From: an uncultured Fibrobacteria bacterium
GTDB lineage: Bacteria; Fibrobacterota; Fibrobacteria; UBA11236
Direction: 5' to 3'
DNA length: 64,000 nt
Assembly (NCBI GenBank): GCA_963716395.1
Contig: OY970309.1
Span: 3,552,001 to 3,616,000 of the forward strand
Shown: piece after piece, positions 18,714 through 30,756 of the stretch
Layout: the number at the start of each line of letters is the position of its first letter
Position numbering within the stretch: position 1 is the first letter of the stretch
Notes under the pieces: generated by a model
Seen by the model: only the letters and a program-made list of their open reading frames with translations
The model's database searches: none
What the model was told of the DNA's origin: nothing
Translations under genes and position numbers: made by a program

Positions 18714-20114
18714 TCAAATCCTGACGTGGCCGGGCGTGCGCGGGAACGGGATGACGTCGCGGATATTGGCCATGCCCGTGACGAATTGCACTAGGCGTTC
18801 GAAGCCGAGGCCGAAGCCGGCATGCGGCGCGCCTCCGAAGCGGCGGAGATCGAGATACCATTCCAGCCCGCGAGGATCCAGCCCGGTTTCGGCCATGCGC
18901 GCTTCCAGCAGGCCCAGGCGATCTTCACGCTGGGCGCCGCCCATGATTTCGCCGATTTGCGGCACCAGCACGTCCATGGCCCGCACCGTGCGGCCGTCGT
19001 CGTTCAGCTTCATGTAAAAGGCCTTGATGCCTTTGGGATAGTCGGTCAGAATCACCGGGCATTGGAATACCTTCTCGGAGAGGTAACGTTCATGTTCCGA
19101 TTGCAAATCCGATCCCCACTCCACCGGAAATTGGAATTTCTCTCCGCTTTGCTTGAGCCTTTCCACGGCTTCGGTGTAGGTGAGGCGGGCAAAGGGTCTT
19201 TCGGCAACGCCCTGCAGACGGTTGCAAACCTCGGCATCGACCCGCTCGCGGAAGAAGTCGAGATCGCGACCGCCGCGATCCAAGGCCGCGCGACATAAAT
19301 GCTTGAGAAAGGCTTCGGCCATATCCATGTCGTCTTCGAGATCGGCGAAGGCCATTTCGGGTTCCACCATCCAGAACTCGGCCAGATGCCGCGAGGTGTT
19401 GGAATTCTCGGCCCGGAAGGTGGGTCCGAAGGTGTACACGTCGCCCAGGCTCAAGGCGTAAGCCTCGGCTTCGAGTTGGCCCGACACCGTCAGGTTCACG
19501 GCGCTGCCGAAAAAATCTACAGCGAAATCCGGGGCGTGTCCGGAACGCGCCAGGGCTTGTAGGTCCAAAGTCGTGACCTGAAAGGTTTTGCCCGCGCCTT
19601 CGCAATCATTGGCGGTGAGGATGGGAGTATGCAGCCAGATAAAACCTTTTTGATGAAAGAACTCATGCACGGCCTGGGCCAAAAGGTCACGCACACGCGC
19701 CAGAGCTCCGAAGGTATTGGTGCGCGGTCGCAGATGGGTAAACTCGCGCAAATGCTCATAGGTCATTTTTTGCTTGGCGATGGGATAATGCAGCGGATCG
19801 CTGGCTCCCAGAATTTCCAGCGCCTCGGTTTGGAGTTCGACGGCCTGTTTGCCGCCTGGCGATGCGACTAATTTTCCCGCAGCCTGAACCGAGGTGCCGG
19901 GATAAAGCTGCGCGACGAGGGGATAAGAAAGTGACGAAACCGGAATGACGGCTTGCAGGTTTTCAAAACAGGAACCGTCGTTGATTTCGATAAAAGCCAC
20001 CCCGGCTTTGGATTCACGCTTGGTCCGTACCCAACCTTGGATTTTAATGGCTTCGCCGAAAGCTGTTTTGGCCAACAGGTCCGAGACTTTGCTCCGCCCT
20101 TTCCTGACGCTCAT
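18714..20114 (-). CDS. asnS: Asparagine--tRNA ligase
   Basis: GWVRTKR, INDGS, LTVSGQL, FGPTFRAENSNTSRHLAEFWMVEPE, GFGLGFERL. Confidence 0.98.
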   Translation of the reverse strand: MSVRKGRSKVSDLLAKTAFGEAIKIQGWVRTKRESKAGVAFIEINDGSCFENLQAVIPVSSLSYPLVAQLYPGTSVQAAGKLVASPGGKQAVELQTEALEILGASDPLHYPIAKQKMTYEHLREFTHLRPRTNTFGALARVRDLLAQAVHEFFHQKGFIWLHTPILTANDCEGAGKTFQVTTLDLQALARSGHAPDFAVDFFGSAVNLTVSGQLEAEAYALSLGDVYTFGPTFRAENSNTSRHLAEFWMVEPEMAFADLEDDMDMAEAFLKHLCRAALDRGGRDLDFFRERVDAEVCNRLQGVAERPFARLTYTEAVERLKQSGEKFQFPVEWGSDLQSEHERYLSEKVFQCPVILTDYPKGIKAFYMKLNDDGRTVRAMDVLVPQIGEIMGGAQREDRLGLLEARMAETGLDPRGLEWYLDLRRFGGAPHAGFGLGFERLVQFVTGMANIRDVIPFPRTPGHVRI

Positions 20115-20219
20115 ACCCGCCCCACTCCCCTGTTCGGCCCAAAATCAGCACCGGAAGAAAAATTGTTTACTAATTTGATAGATGTTCGTAAGTTATAGAT
20201 AAATCAAAAGGTTGCTTGA

Positions 20220-21073
20220 ATGTCGTCTCAACCCGAAAACCTCGCCTCACCCACTCAGTCTCCCACCGGAAGCGCTGCCGGCGATGGAGCTTCCGAGTCT
20301 AAGTTTTCGCAGAAAATAGCAACCCTGGCGCAGAACCCGCGGCATCGCGGGGCCTTCTTCACCGAAGACGCCACGGCCAAAGACCTGGCTTTGGTCACGG
20401 CCAAATACAAAGACATCAAGGTGTATTGGCTGGTGGATCCGCAAAGCGACCTCATTTACGACGCCAAGTTTTTCTCCTATGGCGGGCCGGTTTCCATGGC
20501 CATGGGCGAAATGCTTTCTTCGCTGGTCAAAGGCATGAAGATCGACACGGCCTGCGACGTCAGCCTTGATGAGGTCGAAAGCCTGCTGCGCGACTCCCCG
20601 GAAGCGCCGGCCACAGTTCAACCCAAAGAAGAAGCCTTCGCCAACCTGCCCATGCTGCTGGCCACGGCCAAAGAAACCTATCCCGCCGCCAAAGCCCTGG
20701 CCCTGGCTTCGCTGCAACTCAAACAACAGGCCGATCAAAGCCGGCCGCGGCGCACGGCCTATGAAAATCTCACCGAGGCCGATCAGACCTGGCTTAAGAA
20801 AAGCAAAGACGAGCAACTCGCGGCCATCGAAGAAATTCTTGATCGCGACATCCGTCCCGGCCTGAACATGGATGGCGGTGATTTGAACATTATTGATTTG
20901 GAAGACGGCGCCAAGCTAACGGTGCGCTACCAGGGCGCCTGCGGCAGTTGCGGATCTTCGGTGGGCGCGACCCTGTCTTTTATCGAAGACGCCATGCGCC
21001 GCCAGCTTTTCGGCGGATTTCAGGTCGTGCCCGTGGACACGCCTGATACCTTTTCGATGTGGGGGCCGCCCGG

Positions 21074-21077
<4 letters not shown>
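20220..21077 (+). CDS. NifU-like protein (degenerate IscU-like N domain + Nfu C domain)
   Basis: [16 protein letters not shown] domain; [20 protein letters not shown] domain. Confidence 0.85.
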
Positions 21078-22531
<1,454 letters not shown>

Positions 22532-22567
22532 AATGTTCTTTCATGCAGAGGGGTCGGGGGTGAGGTC

Positions 22568-23320
22568 ATGACCACCCTACTCGACATTCAAGACCTGCAC
22601 GGTGGTTTGCAGGGCGTGGAAATTCTCACCGGCGTTTCCCTGCGCATGCAGGCCGGAGAAGTGCACGCCATCATGGGGCCCAACGGTTCGGGCAAAAGCA
22701 CCTTGTCGAAAATCGTGGCCGGGCATCCGGAATACGTGGTGTCGTCGGGAGATGTGCGCTTCAACGGAGAAAGCGTGCTGAGCCTGGAGCCGGATGTACG
22801 CGCCCGCAAAGGAATTTTTCTCGGCTTCCAATATCCGGTGGAATTGCCGGGCGTAAATAACGCCGAATTTTTACGCGTGGCCTGCAATGCCCGCCGTCGC
22901 GAACACGGCGAAGAAGAATTCGATCCCTTTGACTTTCAGGCCTTTTTGGCCGCGAAAATGCAGCTTTTGGAAATGGACGCGCGCTATCAGGAACGCGGCG
23001 TAAACGAAGGCTTTTCCGGCGGCGAAAAGAAACGCAACGAAATCCTGCAAATGGCGGTGCTTGAACCCGTATTGGCCATTCTCGACGAAACCGACTCGGG
23101 GCTCGATATCGATGCGCTCAAAACCGTCTCCAAGGGCATCAACTCCTTGCGGCGTCCAGACAACGCCATCTTGCTCATCACCCATTACCAGCGCTTGCTC
23201 GACATGGTGCAACCCGACTTCGTGCACATTCTTTCCCGCGGCCGTTTCGTGAAATCCGGCGGCAAAGAATTGGCGCTTGAAGTGGAAAGCCGGGGCTATG
23301 ACTGGTTAACTGCGGCGTGA
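22568..23320 (+). CDS. sufC: Fe-S assembly ATPase SufC
   Basis: GPNGSGKST, FQYPVE, NEGFSGGEKKRNE, LDETDSGLD. Confidence 0.98.
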   Translation: MTTLLDIQDLHGGLQGVEILTGVSLRMQAGEVHAIMGPNGSGKSTLSKIVAGHPEYVVSSGDVRFNGESVLSLEPDVRARKGIFLGFQYPVELPGVNNAEFLRVACNARRREHGEEEFDPFDFQAFLAAKMQLLEMDARYQERGVNEGFSGGEKKRNEILQMAVLEPVLAILDETDSGLDIDALKTVSKGINSLRRPDNAILLITHYQRLLDMVQPDFVHILSRGRFVKSGGKELALEVESRGYDWLTAA

Positions 23321-23360
23321 CGGTCGTTTTTCGATCTTCCGCCGCGCGTTGCAAAACCGC

Positions 23361-24578
23361 ATGACGACTTCCGCTTCCACCCCGCTATCCCCTCCGCTTC
23401 GGACCGCCCAATTCATGCGGCCGACACGGGTGCGGGAAATTCCCGAGGCTTTGGCCTGGTTGCAGGCCAAGCAACCCCGCAGCTCGGACGTACAACAGGC
23501 CGCCTGGAAAGCCTTCACCGCCGTCGGCCTCCCCCATCAAGGCGACGAGGATTACGGCTTTGTGTCGGTGGCCGAATTGCGATCCAAATTGTCGGAGACG
23601 AAAACCTCGGCTTCGGCATTTCCGGCACCCGGAATTTCCGACAGTCAAAGCCAGTGGGATCGCTTCGATCCGAACTCCGATTCCGCATGCGTAAGTTTGG
23701 CCGGGCAGGAAAACGATGCCGCCGCGGCTTTGGCCCTAGCGTTTGCAGATGCCACCGGGTTGCAACTGGCGGCGGGGAGTCGCCGGGAAAACCCTTTGCG
23801 CATCGATCTCGATTCCGGACCAGGCCGCAGCGACGTGGCCATGTTCCTGCGCCTCGAAGCGAACAGCGCCGCACACATCCACCTGTGCAGCCGCAGCGCA
23901 GCCCAAAGTTTTCACAACGCGGTCCTGGTTTTTCTGCTGGGCCCGGGCGCAGAATTGGATCTGGTTTGCGAAGACGGCGGCCAAGGTTTGCAAGCGCAAA
24001 AACTTCGCCTGGTGCTGGCGCGTGAAGCCCGCGTGCGCGTGACGTCGGCCTCGACCGGCGGAGCCCTGCATCGCCTGGCGTTGCAAGCCGATTTACGAGA
24101 GCCCGGCGCTTCGCTGACCGTGGGCGCCGCGGCCGTGGTGGGTGGGAACCGGCGGCTGCACCGCCATCTGCATATCCGGCACCAAAGCCCGGATTGCGTT
24201 TCCAAGCAACTGTTCAAAACCGTGGCGACCGATGCGGCACGCGCCAGCGTCGACGGCACGGTGGTCGTCGATCGCGGAGCCCAACGCACCGACGCCCGCC
24301 AACTCATCCGCAATCTGCTTTTGTCCCCAGCAGCGCGCGTCGACGCCAAGCCCCGCCTGCTGATCCATGCCGACGACGTGAAATGCAGCCACGGCGCGGC
24401 CACGGGTAAGTTCGATCCCGAACAGCAGTTCTATTTGCGCGCGCGCGGACTGGACGCGCCGGCGGCCAACCGGCTTTTGACCCGGGCCTTTCTCTCCGAA
24501 GCTCTGGACGCCGCACCCGCCGGGCGCGACGCCCTGTTGGCCGGGCTGCTCGACGCCCTGGGCAGAAAAACGCCGTGA
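23361..24578 (+). CDS. sufD: Fe-S assembly protein SufD
   Basis: SKQLFK, AQRTDARQ..NLLLS, DAKPRL.IHADDVKCSHGAA, FYLRARG. Confidence 0.93.
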   Translation: MTTSASTPLSPPLRTAQFMRPTRVREIPEALAWLQAKQPRSSDVQQAAWKAFTAVGLPHQGDEDYGFVSVAELRSKLSETKTSASAFPAPGISDSQSQWDRFDPNSDSACVSLAGQENDAAAALALAFADATGLQLAAGSRRENPLRIDLDSGPGRSDVAMFLRLEANSAAHIHLCSRSAAQSFHNAVLVFLLGPGAELDLVCEDGGQGLQAQKLRLVLAREARVRVTSASTGGALHRLALQADLREPGASLTVGAAAVVGGNRRLHRHLHIRHQSPDCVSKQLFKTVATDAARASVDGTVVVDRGAQRTDARQLIRNLLLSPAARVDAKPRLLIHADDVKCSHGAATGKFDPEQQFYLRARGLDAPAANRLLTRAFLSEALDAAPAGRDALLAGLLDALGRKTP

Positions 24579-25804
24579 CTCCGATGACGACGCCTTATCT
24601 CGACATCAAAAAAGACTTTCCGGTTCTGAATCGCGACTTCGGCGGTCAACCCCTGGTGTATCTCGATACGGCCGCGACGTCGCAAAAACCCGAGGCGGTC
24701 ATCGACGCCATGGATCGCTTTTACCGCGAAAGCTACGGCACGGTGCGGCGCGGCGTGTACCGTCTCAGCGAAAAAGCCACGGCGGCCTATGAAGGCACGC
24801 GCCGGAAAATCGCGGACCTAATCGGTGCGGCCTCGGAAAACGAAATCGTTTACACCCGCGGCACCACCGAAAGCTTGAATCTCGTGGCCTATGCCTATGG
24901 CCGGTCGGTCTTGAAACCCGGCGATGAAATCGTGCTCTCGCACATCGAGCATCACGCCAACATCGTGCCCTGGCAAATCGTGGGCGAAATGACGGGAGCG
25001 CGCATTCGGGTCATTCCTTGCAACGATCGCGGCGTTTTGCTCTTGGATGAATTCGAAAAACTGCTTTCACCCCGCACCAAAATCGTGGCCGTAAACCACG
25101 TGTCGAATGCCCTGGGCACGGTCAATCCGATTGCGGAAATCGCGCGCATCGCCCATGCCGCCGGAGCCGTGCTGGTGGTGGACGGCGCGCAAAGCATCAG
25201 CCACCGCCGGGTGAACGTGCGCGAACTCGGCGCGGATTTCTTCGCCTTTTCCGGGCATAAAATGTTCGGCCCCACCGGCATCGGCATTCTCTACGGTCGG
25301 CACGATTTGCTGGCAAACATGCCGCCGTTCCAGGGCGGCGGCGACATGATTCGCACCGTGACCTTCGAGACCACCACCTACCAAGATCCGCCGCATCGCT
25401 TCGAAGCCGGCACGCCGGCCATTGTCGAAGTGGTGGGCCTGGCCGCGGCCGTGGATTACCTCCTGGGCGTGGGATTGGATCGCATTGCGGCCCATGAGCA
25501 TGCCTTGCTGGAATACGGCACAAAATTGTTGTCCGACATTCCCGGCCTGCGCCTCATCGGCACGGCGCCGGAAAAATCCGGCGTGCTGAGCTTCGCCCTC
25601 GACGGCGTCCACCCGCATGACATCGGCACCTTGCTCGACATGGACGGCATTTCCATCCGCGCCGGGCACCATTGCGCCCAGCCCACCATGGCGCGCTTCG
25701 GAGTGCCGGCCACGGCACGCGCTTCGCTCGCGCCCTATAACACCGAAGCCGATCTCGACGCGCTGGCGGCGGGGATTCGCAAAATCCAGGGGATGTTCGG
25801 CTGA
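24575..25804 (+). CDS. sufS: Cysteine desulfurase SufS
   Basis: YLDTAATSQKP, EHHANIVPW, FSGHKMFGPTG, RAGHHCAQP. Confidence 0.97.
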   Translation: MTPMTTPYLDIKKDFPVLNRDFGGQPLVYLDTAATSQKPEAVIDAMDRFYRESYGTVRRGVYRLSEKATAAYEGTRRKIADLIGAASENEIVYTRGTTESLNLVAYAYGRSVLKPGDEIVLSHIEHHANIVPWQIVGEMTGARIRVIPCNDRGVLLLDEFEKLLSPRTKIVAVNHVSNALGTVNPIAEIARIAHAAGAVLVVDGAQSISHRRVNVRELGADFFAFSGHKMFGPTGIGILYGRHDLLANMPPFQGGGDMIRTVTFETTTYQDPPHRFEAGTPAIVEVVGLAAAVDYLLGVGLDRIAAHEHALLEYGTKLLSDIPGLRLIGTAPEKSGVLSFALDGVHPHDIGTLLDMDGISIRAGHHCAQPTMARFGVPATARASLAPYNTEADLDALAAGIRKIQGMFG

Positions 25805-26268
25805 TGTCCCAAGCCAACGAATTGTACCAGCAAGTCATTCTCGACCATAACCGCAATCCCCGGAATTTCCGGGCCATGCCCGATGCGACCCATGTGTGCC
25901 AGGGCCATAATCCGCTGTGCGGCGATCACATCACGGTGTTCGCCAAAGTGGACGAAAACGGCGCCTTGGCCGACGTGAGTTTTCAAGGCAACGGCTGCGC
26001 CATCAGCAAGGCCAGCGCCTCGCTGATGACCGCGCAACTCAAGGGTATGCCGATGGCGGAAGCCCGCGCTCTGTACGGAGAGTTTCACAACATGGTGAAA
26101 GGCGAGGCCGGCGACGAAAATTCGCCCTTGGTCGCGGCGCATTTGGGCAAGCTGACTTTATTTCGCGGGGTGCGGGAATACTCTTCGCGCATCAAATGCG
26201 CCACCTTGGCTTGGCATGCCTTGATGGGTGCCCTGGATCGCCGCGATTCCGCCACCACCGAAAGCTAG
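25804..26268 (+). CDS. sufU: SufU/IscU family protein
   Basis: LYQQVILDH, NPLCGD, GCAISKASAS, RIKCATLAW. Confidence 0.95.
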   Translation: MSQANELYQQVILDHNRNPRNFRAMPDATHVCQGHNPLCGDHITVFAKVDENGALADVSFQGNGCAISKASASLMTAQLKGMPMAEARALYGEFHNMVKGEAGDENSPLVAAHLGKLTLFRGVREYSSRIKCATLAWHALMGALDRRDSATTES

Positions 26269-26368
26269 GCAGCGCATCCCAATCGTTTCCCTTTTTATAA
26301 CTATCTAAATTATTTGGCTTCGCGGCACCGGGCCGAAAGCAAGGGAATCAAGAAAAGGGAGTGGAATC

Positions 26369-27598
26369 ATGTCGACAAGACTTCGCTTTGCAGTGGTGGG
26401 ATTGGGGCAATGCGGCGGCAATCTGGCCAACACCTTCGCCCGCTACGGCTACCCTGCGGTGGCCGTGAACACGTCCATTCTCGACCTCAAGGATTTGCAA
26501 AACATTCCCGACGCCCAGAAAATCCACATTCCCCCCACCGAGAGCGACGGCGCCGGCAAAGACCCGCGCATCGGCGAACAGGCCATTCAGCAACATTTGG
26601 CCACCATCATGCAAGCCCTGCAGCCGCTCGTGCGGAATTGTGATGCCATCTTGCTGGCTGCGGGGTTGGGCGGCGGCACGGGAAGCAATGTGGCCTTGCT
26701 CGGCAAATTGTTGCGGCGCTTCGAAATTCCCATCGTGGCCCTGACGACCATCCCCACCGACAATGAATCGGCCTTGGCCAAGATCAACGCGTTGCGGGCC
26801 GTGAACCAAATCGTGGCCGAAGATCTCGACTCGTGCGTTCTCATCGACAACTCGAAAATCCTGCAGGTGTTTCCGGAAAGCAGCCTGGCGGCTTTTTATC
26901 CCCAGGCCAATGAATACGTGGTGAAAAGCTTCGTCAACTTCAACTCCATGTTCCAGGAATTCGCCAGCCGCAGCCTGATCAGCTTCGACAACGAAGATTT
27001 CCGCAAGGTGCTGCTTTCCAAGGGCATTCTCATTTTCGGCGAAACCGAATTGCGTGCCGAGGAGATCCGCACCCTCGACGAACTGCTGCCCCAGCTCAAA
27101 ACGATTTGGGAAACCAGCGGGCTCATGGCCGAAGGGTTCAACTACACCTCCGCCGCCTCCGGAGCGGTTTGCATTTTCGCCCCGCCCGAAGTCTTGCAGC
27201 GCACGTCGAGCCGTTTCCTCAACATGCTGGGAGAAGAGTTCAAAACCCTGACCAACGGCGCCACCTGTTATTTCGGGATTTACGAGCACAACAATCCGGC
27301 CGTGGTCAAGGTGGCCACCATGTTGGGCCGTTTGACCATTCCGGTGCGGTTGCAGGAATTGCTGGCCGAAGCGTCGACCGAAGGCCGCAATCTCAACCGC
27401 AAGATCCAGCAGGAGCTTCCCACGCTCGACATCTCCGTGCTGGACGGCATGGAATTGTTCGCCTCGGCGCCACCGCGCGGCACGGACACCGCGGTGTTGG
27501 CCCAAAACAACGCGGCGGAAGGCGGTCCGCTGGATCAGAAGCCGGCCTACGCGCCGGAAGAATACGTGCGCCTGAAAAGAAACCGCGGCCGCGGTTGA
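26369..27598 (+). CDS. Divergent tubulin/FtsZ-family GTPase
   Basis: GLGQCGGN (T1), VNT (T2), GAGKDP (T3), GLGGGTGS (T4), IDN (T6), FDNEDF (T7); SD GGGAG. Confidence 0.92.
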   Translation: MSTRLRFAVVGLGQCGGNLANTFARYGYPAVAVNTSILDLKDLQNIPDAQKIHIPPTESDGAGKDPRIGEQAIQQHLATIMQALQPLVRNCDAILLAAGLGGGTGSNVALLGKLLRRFEIPIVALTTIPTDNESALAKINALRAVNQIVAEDLDSCVLIDNSKILQVFPESSLAAFYPQANEYVVKSFVNFNSMFQEFASRSLISFDNEDFRKVLLSKGILIFGETELRAEEIRTLDELLPQLKTIWETSGLMAEGFNYTSAASGAVCIFAPPEVLQRTSSRFLNMLGEEFKTLTNGATCYFGIYEHNNPAVVKVATMLGRLTIPVRLQELLAEASTEGRNLNRKIQQELPTLDISVLDGMELFASAPPRGTDTAVLAQNNAAEGGPLDQKPAYAPEEYVRLKRNRGRG

Positions 27599-27672
27599 TC
27601 GCCTAGCCCGTCCCGATTGTCACCACGGTTCGGGGTGGAGTATAATTCGGATTATCCACCGGGGAGGCGCCC

Positions 27673-27867
27673 ATGGTTTTCATCTTGTGCCTGGTCTGTT
27701 TTTTCAGCACCGTGGGCGGCGTATTGGTGGGCCAATCTCTGAAAGGTCTGCTCATTTTCAAAGCCGGATTGGAAAAGGGCCAACGCCAGATGTTCCGCAT
27801 CGGCCTTGGCGCCGTAGCCGTCGCCGTGGTCCTGGCCTTGATCGCCCTGTTTATTCCTTTGCCGTAA
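27673..27867 (+). CDS. Small 2-TM membrane protein
   Basis: GGAGG SD; 64 aa with two hydrophobic segments. Confidence 0.7.
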   Translation: MVFILCLVCFFSTVGGVLVGQSLKGLLIFKAGLEKGQRQMFRIGLGAVAVAVVLALIALFIPLP

Positions 27868-28053
27868 CCACCCGACCGCTTTCCGCTGCGCCGGGCGAAC
27901 GGGCGAAGTGGCCGCTACCGGCCGGTTTGTTCCCGTCTGTGCGCGCGGAGTATCACCGAAGGTTTGTTCCGACAGTTTGACAGCCGACGCGGTTTTTGTG
28001 GTCGGCCCGGGTTGCGCGTTGTACGATTAAGAACATATCTCCATGGAGCCGCT

Positions 28054-29958
28054 ATGAGCACGGAAGCGAAAGAAGGCGAGTTCGAACTCAAAATCGACAC
28101 CAGCAAAATGTCGCAGGAGAAGGCGCAGGCCATGCTGGTGGCCGAGTCGAACCGCGAAATCAAATGGGAAAATCCCAGCTTTGCCGGCAACCTGTTCATG
28201 GGCCGCTTTCTTCCCGAACTCATCACGCCTTATCCCGAACAGTCGGCCGAAGACCGCGCTGTGGGAGACGCGCTGCTGGCGGAACTGGGAACGTTTTTGA
28301 AAGAAAATCTCGATCCCGACGAAGTCGATCGCACCCGCGAAATTCCGAAAAAGGTCTTTGCCGGCTTCACCAAAATGAAATTGTGGGCCATGAAAATTCC
28401 CAAAGAATTCGGCGGCTTGGGTTTGAGCCAGGTGAATTACAACCGCGCCGTTTCCTTGGTGGCCAGCTATTGCGGCTCGACCGCCGTCTGGCTTTCGGCG
28501 CACCAAAGCATCGGCGTGCCACAGCCGCTGAAAATGTTCGGCACACCCGAACAGAAACAGAAATGGCTTCCCCGCTTCGCCGCCGGCGCCATTTCGGCCT
28601 TCGCCCTGACCGAACCCGACGTAGGTTCGGACCCGGCCAAGATGAGCACCTCGGCCACGCCGTCGCCCGACGGCTCGCATTACATCCTGAACGGCATGAA
28701 GCTCTGGTGCACCAACGGTCCCGTGGCCGACATCATGGTGGTCATGGCGCGCACGCCGCCGGTGGTCAAACGCGGCAAGGAGATTCCGCAAATCACCGCC
28801 TTCGTGGTCGAACGCGGCATGCCGGGCATCGAAGTGGTGCACCGCTGCGATTTCATGGGCATTCGCGCCATTCAAAACGGATTGTTGCGCTTCAGCAACG
28901 TGCAGGTGCCGAAAGAGAACATCATTCTCGGTCCGGGCAAGGGTTTGAAACTGGCTTTGACCACCTTGAACACCGGACGCCTGACCCTGCCGGCCGCGGC
29001 CGTAGGCATGGGCAAGCAATGCCTGAACATCGTGCGCAATTGGGGCAACGAGCGCGTGCAATGGGGTTTGCCCATCGGCAAACACGAAGCCATTTCGTAC
29101 AAGCTGGCCTTCATGGCGTCGACCCAATTCGCCATGGAAGCCGTGACCTGGCTCACATCGGCCATGGCCGATCGCGGCGGCTACGACATTCGCATCGAAG
29201 CCGCCATGGCCAAACTCTTCTGCTCCGAAGCCGCGTGGAGGATGATCGACGAGACCATGCAGATCCGCGGCGGCCGCGGCTATGAAACCGCCGAGTCGCT
29301 CAAGGGCCGCGGCGAAAAAGCCGTGCCCGTCGAGCGCATGCTACGCGATTGCCGCATCAACCGCATCATCGAAGGCACCTCGGAAATCATGCATTTGTTC
29401 CTGGCCCGCGAGGCGCTCGACCCGCATATGCAAGTGGCGGCCGAGCTCATGCTCAAGCATTTGCCCATGAACCGGCGCTTGCGGGCCGGAGTCAAGATGG
29501 CCAATTTCTACAGCAAGTGGTATCCGCAGCAATGGCTGAACTCCAGCCTGTTCCACTCGTACGCCGAATTCGGGCCCAAGCTGGCGCGCCACATGAATTA
29601 CGTGGAGCGCACCTGCCATCACCTGGCCCGCAGCATCTTTCATTCCATGGGCATGTATCAGAACACCTTGGAGCGGCGCCAAATGATTTTGGGCCGCTAC
29701 GTGGACGTGGGCACCGAGCTCTTCGCCATGTCGGCGGCTTGCGCGCGCGCCAAAATGCTGAGCGACCGCGATCCCAATAATCCGCATCCGGTGCATCTCG
29801 CCAATTACTTCTGCAAAGAAGCGCGCCGACGCGTCGAAAACCTGTTCGCGGCCCAAAGCGACAACGACGACGTGCAGGCCAACAAAATCGCCAAAAGCCT
29901 GCTCGGCGGCGAACACAAATGGATGGAAGACGGAATTCTGCGCTGCTACGAAGATTGA
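28054..29958 (+). CDS. Long acyl-CoA dehydrogenase (ACAD9/FadE-like)
   Basis: AFALTEPDVGSD, NGMKLWCTNG, QIRGGRGY, RINRIIEGTSEI. Confidence 0.95.
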   Translation: MSTEAKEGEFELKIDTSKMSQEKAQAMLVAESNREIKWENPSFAGNLFMGRFLPELITPYPEQSAEDRAVGDALLAELGTFLKENLDPDEVDRTREIPKKVFAGFTKMKLWAMKIPKEFGGLGLSQVNYNRAVSLVASYCGSTAVWLSAHQSIGVPQPLKMFGTPEQKQKWLPRFAAGAISAFALTEPDVGSDPAKMSTSATPSPDGSHYILNGMKLWCTNGPVADIMVVMARTPPVVKRGKEIPQITAFVVERGMPGIEVVHRCDFMGIRAIQNGLLRFSNVQVPKENIILGPGKGLKLALTTLNTGRLTLPAAAVGMGKQCLNIVRNWGNERVQWGLPIGKHEAISYKLAFMASTQFAMEAVTWLTSAMADRGGYDIRIEAAMAKLFCSEAAWRMIDETMQIRGGRGYETAESLKGRGEKAVPVERMLRDCRINRIIEGTSEIMHLFLAREALDPHMQVAAELMLKHLPMNRRLRAGVKMANFYSKWYPQQWLNSSLFHSYAEFGPKLARHMNYVERTCHHLARSIFHSMGMYQNTLERRQMILGRYVDVGTELFAMSAACARAKMLSDRDPNNPHPVHLANYFCKEARRRVENLFAAQSDNDDVQANKIAKSLLGGEHKWMEDGILRCYED

Positions 29959-30665
29959 TCGCGGTCGCGCAGCAAATGCTCGGCAGCCGGCTCGTGATCG
30001 AGAAAGACCAATTCCTGCGCCAGCCGGTTCAAGGCCAGCCGGGCCGTATGAAAGGCCTGGCACAAGGTCAGCAGCACCGGCCCCAACCCCAGGCGCCGAG
30101 CCAGAAGATCGTCGCCGGCCAGACGATAGGAAGCGCTGCCCAATTGCTCGTAATACTCCAACCCCGGCGCAGCGCGGTGCGCCGCCTTGCGCAGCAGGTG
30201 GCGCGGATACAATCCGCTCAGGAACAGCGCGTAGTCTCCCAGATGCAGCCGTAAACGAAAGCGCCGCTCTCCCCCGCAGCGATCGGCGGCGTCGAGCAGT
30301 TCGAAGAGGTAATCGTAGGAGCGCGTGGCGTCGCTCCAGGGATTGCGCGTGCGTGTCTGGCTGGTGAATTCGCTGAGGCGCGCCGCGATGTAATCCGCCA
30401 CTTCGGGGTCGTCGATCTCGGCGCGGCGCAAGACATGGCGCACCAGCACGTAGAAATAGAACGGCGCCGAAATCCGCAAACAGCCCCGCAATTCCAACAT
30501 CACGCGGAAGAGGCGAACATCATCGAGCAGGCGATCCAGGCAATCGGGATCGCGCATTAATGCGGAAAGGGAGTTCCGGCTTCCCGCATCCCCCAGGGAT
30601 TGGACCAGGAAATCAAGGTCGGCCGCGGTCAAGCGGCTGCGACAAAAAAGCAACGAAGACGACAT
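29946..30665 (-). CDS. Conserved hypothetical protein
   Basis: 239-aa ORF with SD GGAGG; FYFYVLVRH, GDYALFLSG..YYEQLG. Confidence 0.75.
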   Translation of the reverse strand: MSSSLLFCRSRLTAADLDFLVQSLGDAGSRNSLSALMRDPDCLDRLLDDVRLFRVMLELRGCLRISAPFYFYVLVRHVLRRAEIDDPEVADYIAARLSEFTSQTRTRNPWSDATRSYDYLFELLDAADRCGGERRFRLRLHLGDYALFLSGLYPRHLLRKAAHRAAPGLEYYEQLGSASYRLAGDDLLARRLGLGPVLLTLCQAFHTARLALNRLAQELVFLDHEPAAEHLLRDRDQSS

Positions 30666-30756
30666 GGCGAGCCTCCATTCTTTATTATCGTGTTTTTCCT
30701 TCTGATGCTATAGAAGCTCGGATCAAACTGCGAAAATAGAACGAAATTCCCTGCTT

